From assembly GCA_964418775.1 (NCBI GenBank), contig CAYQNA010000001.1, positions 64,446 through 128,445 on the forward strand: a stretch of DNA of 64,000 nt, given 5' to 3'. Source of the DNA: an uncultured Gammaproteobacteria bacterium. Lineage in GTDB: Bacteria > Patescibacteriota > Patescibacteriia > Magasanikbacterales > UBA922. The notes beneath the pieces were generated by a model that ran no database searches, had not been told where the DNA came from, and saw only the letters and a list, made by a program, of their open reading frames with translations. Of this stretch, positions 27,689-34,931 are shown one piece after another (the first letter of the stretch is position 1; every line of letters begins with the position of its first letter). The position numbers and the translations under genes are program-made.

Positions 27689-28675
27689 CTAGTGTGTAGT
27701 AATTATTAAAGAAACTTTGTCATTAATTGCCGATATTCTTGCCGTGCCCCCTATGGGAAATGTGGCGATCGGCATGGTGTGTCCTAATGTCATATTGGCA
27801 ACAATCGGTACAGACGTAAGTTCCTTTTTTGCTGCAATAATTTTCTTTAAAAAATCGGGTGTAATTTTTGTGATTTTTTTAAAGCGACCTATTACAATAC
27901 CCTTAATACCATTGAAATTGGGTAATTGAATAATTGATTGCAATAAGCGGTCAAAAATCATTGGGTTTATTTCCTCGTCCTCTTCTAAGAGTAATATTGA
28001 ATTTTCAAGTGATGGGAAATATTGTGTTCCTTGTAAGGAAGCAAAACAGCGCATATGTCCACCAATCAATGTTCCGGTTGCTTCGCCAGCTTTAATAATA
28101 TCAAAACCATTTGATTGGATGAATTCCCTTTTTTCTTGATCCAAGTACCAATCATCATCGCTCCAAAATTCGGAAGGGTTGATTTGATATTGGCCATCCT
28201 GCATACAACATTTCTCAAAGTATTCTTTGCTATAATCAAACCCTTTTTTTATGGCCCATGAAGAAAAATGTGGGCCATTACACCCCACCAATCCTGTTTT
28301 TGCATAAATTGCATTAGTTAGAACCGTTATATCTGAATAACCGCAAAGATATTTTGGATTTGATTTAATTAAATCATAATCAAGATAATCTAATAGTTGG
28401 TTTGAGTTATATCCGCCTATAGTCGTGAGTATTCCATCGACAGATGGATCTGAAAATGCATCATGCAAATCTTGCACCCTTGATTCAACTGATGAAGAAA
28501 AGAATTCATTAAATTCATTCACGTTTTTTCCAAAACTTACCCTAAACCCCGCATTTGCAAGTGCCTTTTCGGCTAATTTTACGGTGTCATTTGAAAGTAT
28601 TTTCATACTTCTAGAAGGAGCGATAACTCTAATATGCGAACCCTTTTTTAATTTTTTAGGTAGGATTGTTTCCAT
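27689..28675 (-). CDS. Peptidase S66 family LD-carboxypeptidase (LdcA/MccF-like)
   Basis: Nucleophile motif CGYSDITVL, His in LGHTMP, the acidic catalytic-Glu region LLLEEDEE, and N-terminal IRVIAPS. Start chosen at ATG 28675 (METILPKK...), 7 nt after the upstream stop. The track ORF extends to 28825. Confidence 0.75.
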   Translation of the reverse strand: METILPKKLKKGSHIRVIAPSRSMKILSNDTVKLAEKALANAGFRVSFGKNVNEFNEFFSSSVESRVQDLHDAFSDPSVDGILTTIGGYNSNQLLDYLDYDLIKSNPKYLCGYSDITVLTNAIYAKTGLVGCNGPHFSSWAIKKGFDYSKEYFEKCCMQDGQYQINPSEFWSDDDWYLDQEKREFIQSNGFDIIKAGEATGTLIGGHMRCFASLQGTQYFPSLENSILLLEEDEEINPMIFDRLLQSIIQLPNFNGIKGIVIGRFKKITKITPDFLKKIIAAKKELTSVPIVANMTLGHTMPIATFPIGGTARISAINDKVSLIITTH

Positions 28676-28682
28676 ATATTTA

Positions 28683-29789
28683 TTAAATATTTTCTTTAAT
28701 TGCTGACAAGAGGAATCCTTCTTCAGGAGACAGCGCATCCTGTATAAGAATTTTTTTTTCAATTTCTGGAATATACGAACTAATAAATTCTGACCCCTGA
28801 TGATTAATCCCTCGGCACTCTTCAAATTCTCGCATCATCTTTATTGTTGCTTTGGTTGATATTTTGAATTTATTTTTAAAATAAATCATTGCTCTTAGGT
28901 AAGATCTCAGAATTCGTTCTCTATTTTTATTTGCAGACGGCCGTAATCCTTCTGAGAGTAACATGCTAGATGTAATAATTGTATCCTCAAATTTAAATTT
29001 TAGTGGATCGTTAATCTTTTGAATGCCCAAAACAGGATTTGCAGAATTCACATGGTCAAGTGAAAAAAAATGTTTAAGAATAGTTGACGTGCCTAGAGCG
29101 AGCTCAACACCTAATTGTTTTTCGTTGTTTTCTAAAACAATCAAGTTGCCTATATCATGAAGAACCCCTTCTTTTTTAATGGAATAATTAAAATTTCTAC
29201 CCCACACACCGTTAACACCAACTTTATGTCTGTAGTATTTTTCAGGCATGGTGGTATCATCAAAACTTATACCTAAATTGGTATAAGTTTTTGCAAGCCG
29301 ATACAAATCTTTATCAGTATTATTTACTCGCAAAACTAGATTTTCTTTTGGTATATTTATAACATTTAACAAATAATCTAATGATTGGTCGCATAATTCA
29401 GATATTTTCTCGGGTATAACCAAAACACCCAAACTTTTAAAATAAGAGCCCCATGCTGGCACAATTGAGTCATTAAATATTTTTTGTAAATTTTGAGTTC
29501 TTACGCATTGCTGCGACATGACCAATCCGTTTTTAGGTATTTTGTTTTCCAAAAAATACTTTTTCATTGGGCTAATGTGTGAGCCAACAAATCTTACCGT
29601 TGGATCTATGCCTGAAGTAATGGTAACTGAGGGTATCTCCTTATATCCTTTTTCAGAAAAAAAGTCTATAAACGCCCGTATCATTTTTTCCGTATATTCA
29701 TGCATTTCTTCGGGGGCTGGCTTATATTCGCCAAATCCATAATCGAAAAGTGATTTATTAAAGGCAGGCTTTTTTGTATTTTTAATCAT
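28683..29789 (-). CDS. AlaRS-like class II aaRS catalytic (aminoacylation) domain paralog, truncated (no editing or C-Ala domains)
   Basis: IRAFIDFFSEKGYKEIPS ... DPTVRFVGSHISPMKKYFL ... SQQCVRTQN ... WGSYFKSLG parallels the AlaRS N-terminus (IRQAFLDFFHSKGH.VV.SS ... DPTLLFTNAGMNQFK ... SQRCVRAGG ... HHTFFEMLGNFSFG). About 368 aa from ATG 29789. AT-rich. Confidence 0.7.
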   Translation of the reverse strand: MIKNTKKPAFNKSLFDYGFGEYKPAPEEMHEYTEKMIRAFIDFFSEKGYKEIPSVTITSGIDPTVRFVGSHISPMKKYFLENKIPKNGLVMSQQCVRTQNLQKIFNDSIVPAWGSYFKSLGVLVIPEKISELCDQSLDYLLNVINIPKENLVLRVNNTDKDLYRLAKTYTNLGISFDDTTMPEKYYRHKVGVNGVWGRNFNYSIKKEGVLHDIGNLIVLENNEKQLGVELALGTSTILKHFFSLDHVNSANPVLGIQKINDPLKFKFEDTIITSSMLLSEGLRPSANKNRERILRSYLRAMIYFKNKFKISTKATIKMMREFEECRGINHQGSEFISSYIPEIEKKILIQDALSPEEGFLLSAIKENI

Positions 29790-29870
29790 ATTATAGTAGT
29801 ATGAAGTATAAAATACTACACTAACATTATGCCTATTCAGAATGAAAAATACAATATTAGTATTATTAAC

Positions 29871-30821
29871 ATGGAGACACATCCTAACCTAAAATCTATT
29901 TCGGAATTAGTTCAACTTAAAATAGGTGATATTCTTGATTTTAAAAAGATGTCCGGCGGAAGTAATGAAATTTTTTATATTAAAACCAATCATGGCGAGT
30001 TTATTGTAAAAATATACAATGAAGACAGCTCACAAAGAACTAATTTAAGTCGAGAAATACAAATGTCTAGCATATTGAAAGATTTTCCTGAAATAAGAAG
30101 TCTGGTTTTTTCTGATACAACAAGAAGTCAGATACCGTATGAGTTTGCAATATTTGAATATGTGGACGGCCAAACCTTACGATTTCTCGTTGAAAACAAT
30201 CTTTTAACAGATGAACAATTAGAAGTAATTGCTGATCAGATTTTTGATTTAATTAAAAGAATTATAGAAATTGCAACAAAAAAGTTTGGACAGCTGGATG
30301 AAAGTGGTTTGATAGGGACGTCTCAATCTTGGGTTGATTTTTTGGGTGGCATGCAAGATCCGACTACAAAAACATTTGAAAATAGTAACCTTTTCCCGGA
30401 CAAAGAATATTTAATACCGCAAGCAGTACTGGATAAACACAAAAGTGTATTTGAGCTAGATGATCCAAGATTGATCCCGATGGATTTAAATATAGACAAT
30501 ATAATTGTCACTCCCGATCAAAAAATAAAGTTTATAGACCCAGAAACTTTTTGGAGCGGTGATCCATTATGCGCATTTGCTCAATTTTATGCCCTAACAA
30601 AGGGCACCATATTAGGTGATAAATTTTTTGGGAATTTGGAGCTTTCACCAGATGATGAGTTCAAAGTTCGACTTTATGCACTCCTAGATAATCTGAATGT
30701 TCTTGCCTTTATAACGAGGGTTAATCCAGAAGGTGCTAAAGAAGCAAAGCCATATGGAAACCCAAACAAATTTTTTGATTTGATAAACGAGAATGTAAAA
30801 TTCTTTGAACAAAGTTTATAA
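29871..30821 (+). CDS. APH/choline-kinase-fold small-molecule kinase (aminoglycoside-phosphotransferase-like)
   Basis: Brenner-type catalytic loop PMDLNIDNIIV and metal-binding FIDPE. Protein-kinase-like fold length (about 316 aa from METHPNLK). Divergent from the AlaRS-like gene with an 80-nt AT-rich intergenic region. Confidence 0.6.
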   Translation: METHPNLKSISELVQLKIGDILDFKKMSGGSNEIFYIKTNHGEFIVKIYNEDSSQRTNLSREIQMSSILKDFPEIRSLVFSDTTRSQIPYEFAIFEYVDGQTLRFLVENNLLTDEQLEVIADQIFDLIKRIIEIATKKFGQLDESGLIGTSQSWVDFLGGMQDPTTKTFENSNLFPDKEYLIPQAVLDKHKSVFELDDPRLIPMDLNIDNIIVTPDQKIKFIDPETFWSGDPLCAFAQFYALTKGTILGDKFFGNLELSPDDEFKVRLYALLDNLNVLAFITRVNPEGAKEAKPYGNPNKFFDLINENVKFFEQSL

Positions 30822-30833
30822 AATGCAACGTCC

Positions 30834-32123
30834 ATGGAAAAAGTTTTAATTATTGGCAGCGCCACAAGTCGTGAATATGCTCTTGTTAGAGAGTTGTCAG
30901 TTTATTGTAAATGTAAAGTGAGTGCTTATTTATGGAGGGATAGTCATTTTATTAAAAATCATTGTACCAATTATGAAGTTGGCGATGTTCAGGATATTGA
31001 TAGAATTATTCAGTTTACTAAAAAGGTAAAGCCTGATTTTGTTATTGTTACACAGGGTGAAGCAATGCAAGTTGGAATCAGAAACCACTTAGATTCTATC
31101 AACATACCGTGTATATCGCCGACAAAAGAGCAAAGTAAATTAGAAAATAGTAAGATTTTTTGTCGACAATTTATTAAAGAGATAAACGAACACTTTGTAC
31201 CAAAACACAAAGCGTTCGACGTAAAAAATATTGCTGATTTAGATGGTTATATTAATGAATTAAAATCTGACAAGGTAGTATTAAAATTTGATGGACTCAT
31301 GAACTCTGAAGGGGTGAAGATTTATAACTTGAAAAAAGATTCAAAAAAAGATTTAAAAAATCAAGCAAATACATGGATTAAAAAAGTCAACGGCAAAATA
31401 GTTGTGGAAGAATTTGTTGAAGGAGATGAAGTTTCAATAATGAGTTTTGTCGATGGCACGAATATTGTACACATGCCCCCTGTTAAAAATTATAAGAAAA
31501 TCTGGGAAGGTGATGGTGGCGATAATACTTCTGGAATGGGTTCAATTACGATTGGCAAAACATTGGGTTTTTTAACAAATAAAGACGTCCTCAAATTAGA
31601 AGAAGTTAATAACCTAGTGTTTGAGAAAATAAAAAAGGATTTTTCAGAAAAATATATAGGTATATTGATGGGTGAATTCATAATTAATAATGGGGAAATT
31701 AAGGTTATTGAGTATAATACACGTTTTGGTAATCCTTCAACAATAAATATTTTAAATCTGTTAGATACTAGTTTTTTAGAAATTTGTAAATCAATGATAA
31801 GTGGTACGCTAAATAATACGCCTATTAAATGGAAAAATTTAGCATCAGTTTCTGTGTCGGTTGTACCAAAAGGTTATCCGTACTCAAAAGAAAATGTTGG
31901 AAAAAAAATAAATTTAACCAAACTAGAAAAAGAAGAACTGGGGCATATATTTTTTGCAAGCTTAAATGTGGATTCTAATAAAGATATCACACTTATGAAT
32001 TCAAGAAATTTAACAGTTTGTGTTGTTGGAGAAGAAATAAATAATTGCCGAAGCAGAATAATAAAAATTTTAGATAAAATTGGTGGGCCTATATATTTTA
32101 GAAAAGATATAGGAACTTTTTAA
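30834..32123 (+). CDS. PurD-like ATP-grasp ligase (phosphoribosylamine--glycine ligase homolog)
   Basis: MEKVLIIGSATSREYALVRELS matches MKVLVIGNGGREHALAWK. DGGDNTSGMGS matches DKDTGPNTGGMG. IKVIEYNTRFGNPST matches PKVIEFNCRFGDPET. The C-terminal GGPIYFRKDIG matches CFCRKDIG of PurD. Confidence 0.7.
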   Translation: MEKVLIIGSATSREYALVRELSVYCKCKVSAYLWRDSHFIKNHCTNYEVGDVQDIDRIIQFTKKVKPDFVIVTQGEAMQVGIRNHLDSINIPCISPTKEQSKLENSKIFCRQFIKEINEHFVPKHKAFDVKNIADLDGYINELKSDKVVLKFDGLMNSEGVKIYNLKKDSKKDLKNQANTWIKKVNGKIVVEEFVEGDEVSIMSFVDGTNIVHMPPVKNYKKIWEGDGGDNTSGMGSITIGKTLGFLTNKDVLKLEEVNNLVFEKIKKDFSEKYIGILMGEFIINNGEIKVIEYNTRFGNPSTINILNLLDTSFLEICKSMISGTLNNTPIKWKNLASVSVSVVPKGYPYSKENVGKKINLTKLEKEELGHIFFASLNVDSNKDITLMNSRNLTVCVVGEEINNCRSRIIKILDKIGGPIYFRKDIGTF

Positions 32124-32149
32124 GGCCTTTGATTATTTAGACATAATTT

Positions 32150-32722
32150 ATGTTAAAAGTTGGGTTTGACATGGATGGAGTTATTATTGACAACACAGTG
32201 TTTAAAAGTGATTTGTACCGTCAGAAAACTGGTATAAAGCTTGAATGTTGGAAGTTTAATTCAAATGTTATTGATGATTACATAACTAATACCCCTCTTC
32301 GTAAAGAAATAGACAAAATTAGCGCCATATCTGTACATCATAAAACAACTGAACAGAACATGCGCAACATTTTATTAGAAATAAAGTCCCACGCAGACAT
32401 TTTTTTGATTTCCTCAAGAGGAAAAAGTGAAGAGGGCGTGTTGGCAGCGCGACAAACCATTAAAAATCTAAAATTAGATACTATCTTTGGAGATAATATT
32501 TTTTTTACAAAAAACGATGGAGATAAAATTGAAAAAATTAAATTTCTTGAAATTGATTTTTTTATAGAGGACAGATTCGATGTTATTAGTATGCTACCTA
32601 AAAAAACAGCCATACTATATGATCAATTTTTTCAATGGAAAAAATATAAAAAATATATTATTATTAAATCACTCTTGGACATTATTCCGTTAATTAGATT
32701 TCAGGAGTACAGTGATAACTAA
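32150..32722 (+). CDS. HAD-superfamily phosphatase, 5'(3')-deoxyribonucleotidase (NT5C)-like
   Basis: Motif I FDMDGVIID (DxDGV) at the N-terminus and length about 190 aa are typical of NT5C-like HAD nucleotidases. Confidence 0.6.
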   Translation: MLKVGFDMDGVIIDNTVFKSDLYRQKTGIKLECWKFNSNVIDDYITNTPLRKEIDKISAISVHHKTTEQNMRNILLEIKSHADIFLISSRGKSEEGVLAARQTIKNLKLDTIFGDNIFFTKNDGDKIEKIKFLEIDFFIEDRFDVISMLPKKTAILYDQFFQWKKYKKYIIIKSLLDIIPLIRFQEYSDN

Positions 32723-32724
32723 GA

Positions 32725-34014
32725 TTGGGTGATGAATGTTACTATATGATCGGTACAGGAATTATCTTAAAACCAAATGGCGATGAAATTTTTATTAAGG
32801 ATGATGAGACTTTGGAATCTCTTATAAAAACAAAAATTACGAAAGAAATGGGAGCTTACTTGCGGAGAGCAGAGTTAGGAGGAAAAGTGAATGAAAGTAT
32901 GGTTGTGCAAAAAGCTATAGATTTGGGTTATTTATCTCACACCCTAAATACAAATGACGGTAGTGCAACATTTACCTCTAAGGGGAAAATAATAAAAGAA
33001 TTGATAACACAGTGGAGTAAATCAATCGCCAAAAATAAATTACAAGCTTTAGAAGTAGAAACTCCGGATATATATAAAGCTAATAAAGTTATATTATCAA
33101 TGCAAGATCAATTCGGCGAACCCCCTTTTTATATTAATGAAGAGGAAATATTAAGACCTGCATCTGATTTTGGGGTTTTTTCTTTGTATGGAGGGAAAAT
33201 ATTACAAGAATCAATTATTCCGCACAGAATTTTTGAGCTGGCAAATTGTTTTAGGCAGGAAGACGTGAATAGGGTTGATTTATTAGCAAGACCTAGGAAA
33301 TTTTCCATGCCTGATCTACACACATTTATTCAATTGAAAGATCTAGATAATGAACTAAAAATTCAGGAAGATGTTTATCTAGATGCAATGAGATCCATTG
33401 AACTTGAGTTTCTTGTTTCTGTTAGGACAACAACAGAAGAATACACTCAATTAAAAAAACATTTTTTTTATTTAGCTCAACAAACTAATAAAGAAGTTTA
33501 TATTAATATAGTACCAAGCAGGAAACGTTATTGGACAACTAAAATTAAATTCATCTACGTAGATAGTCTTGGCAATAATTTACAATTAACTACTATACAA
33601 ACTGACCACGATTCTGCCAAACTTTTTAATATCAAATTAAAAGATACTTATCCGAGTGTGCTTCATTCGTCGCTTGGCAGTATAGAGCGGCTGATGTATG
33701 CCCTTATTGACGAAGGATTAAAGGGAAAACATTTTATGTTACCACTATGGATAAGCCCCGTTCAAGCTATGATTTTTGGGGATAAAAAAAATTTAATGAT
33801 TGGGAGATTAGTGAGATATGAAAAATGTAGTGAAACTAGTATAAAATCAAATATGTTTGAAAGCTTTTTTAAAATTGGTATTCCTTATGTAATTGATGTT
33901 GATAATAACATTGCTTATAGCAGAGATGACCAGGAACAGGCTGACATGGTAATCAATAAAATTGAAATTATTAATAAAAATTTTTTGAATCTACCTAAAT
34001 CAAATAAATTTTAA
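32725..34014 (+). CDS. ThrRS-like class IIa aaRS paralog (catalytic + anticodon-binding domains only; no N1/N2 editing domains)
   Basis: Motif 2 RIFELANCFRQEDVNRVDLLARPRKFSMPDLHTF parallels the ThrRS sequence [33 protein letters not shown]. Motif 3 GSIERLMYALIDE followed by HFMLPLWISPVQAMIFG parallels GSMERFIGILTEE ... FPTWLAPVQVVIM, the catalytic/anticodon-domain junction. The motif 1 region GKIIKELITQWSKSIAKNKLQALEVETPDIY also matches. Confidence 0.7.
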   Translation: MGDECYYMIGTGIILKPNGDEIFIKDDETLESLIKTKITKEMGAYLRRAELGGKVNESMVVQKAIDLGYLSHTLNTNDGSATFTSKGKIIKELITQWSKSIAKNKLQALEVETPDIYKANKVILSMQDQFGEPPFYINEEEILRPASDFGVFSLYGGKILQESIIPHRIFELANCFRQEDVNRVDLLARPRKFSMPDLHTFIQLKDLDNELKIQEDVYLDAMRSIELEFLVSVRTTTEEYTQLKKHFFYLAQQTNKEVYINIVPSRKRYWTTKIKFIYVDSLGNNLQLTTIQTDHDSAKLFNIKLKDTYPSVLHSSLGSIERLMYALIDEGLKGKHFMLPLWISPVQAMIFGDKKNLMIGRLVRYEKCSETSIKSNMFESFFKIGIPYVIDVDNNIAYSRDDQEQADMVINKIEIINKNFLNLPKSNKF

Positions 34015-34015
34015 T

Positions 34016-34582
34016 ATGGCGAAAATCATACTGACTGGGCCACATTATTGTGGAAAAACCACTGTACTTAGAAAATTGAAGGATTACTTTTTAGATAACC
34101 CTGAAGTGGGTTTTATTGAAAGCGATGGAAGTCGCTGTCCAATTAGTTACAAAGATGTGGATTATTTGCGAGCAAATCCCAAAACAGAAATAAACATAAC
34201 ATATTGGATGATTGCAGATAACATAAAAAGAGAGATTGAGGCAAAAAATAAATATAAAAATTTAGTATTTGATCGCTGCGTCATAGATCAGCTTGCATAC
34301 CCCGCAGAAATTACCGGTAAAGATAATTTACCAAAATCCATAAATTTATTTATACGAGAATGGCTTATATTTGAACCATACGATAAGATATTTATATTTC
34401 CCGCAAACCCTGATTTTTTGAAAGCAGGTACAAATAATACTGGAGATGTAAATTTTCAGAAAAATATTGAACAAAGATATTTAGAATTAACCAAAGAATT
34501 TAATCTTTCGTCTGAAATACTCCCCTTAGATCAAGATAGACAAATTGATTTAATTTTAAATTATTTGAAGTCTAATTTATAA
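34016..34582 (+). CDS. P-loop NTPase, nucleoside/nucleotide-kinase-like (AAA_33/dNK-like)
   Basis: Walker A GPHYCGKTT at residues 8-16. 188 aa, a size typical of small-molecule kinases. Starts 1 nt after the ThrRS-like gene stop. Confidence 0.55.
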   Translation: MAKIILTGPHYCGKTTVLRKLKDYFLDNPEVGFIESDGSRCPISYKDVDYLRANPKTEINITYWMIADNIKREIEAKNKYKNLVFDRCVIDQLAYPAEITGKDNLPKSINLFIREWLIFEPYDKIFIFPANPDFLKAGTNNTGDVNFQKNIEQRYLELTKEFNLSSEILPLDQDRQIDLILNYLKSNL

Positions 34583-34931
34583 ATTGCCTGAAGCTCGTGT
34601 TTTTGTGTAAGTTAGAAAAATATAATCCGTTTTTTTGGCGTGTCGTCAATTATGGAAATTGGCGTGCAAAAGTTACAAGATTCCATAATCGGTGGCCAAT
34701 TGAAACTTTTTATTTTTACGGTTTGCAAAAAATCCCCGCATTACGGAGACTTTCGCCCTGCACGGCTGATTATATTTTTCAAAAGTAACTCACTGATCAC
34801 TGCACCAACAAGTGGTTAAGTAATCAGTGAGGGGGAGCGTCGTGCGAAACGATTCATACTCCCGACTGTGTCATCCGCTTGCGCGATTGACTCGGGTCGG
34901 AGCGTGAGCTCCCCAACACCTCCTTAGTTGC

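Noticed and set aside
30834-32123. Calling the PurD homolog a housekeeping purD
   Set aside because: No other pur genes are adjacent. The composition matches the acquired island, and its neighbours are aaRS paralogs and kinases. Housekeeping purD cannot be excluded without the whole genome, so it is kept as 'PurD-like ligase'.
26581-34582. Interpreting the island as a classical integrative mobile element (prophage/ICE)
   Set aside because: No integrase, transposase, recombinase, or flanking tRNA or direct repeats are visible in the window. Only compositional evidence supports foreign origin, so it is reported as a genomic island, not as a mobile element.
34597-34788. 63-aa ORF in the island's right-hand intergenic region
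   Set aside because: Short, no motif, Trp/Phe/Arg-rich and unlike neighbouring proteins. It is more likely non-coding boundary sequence.
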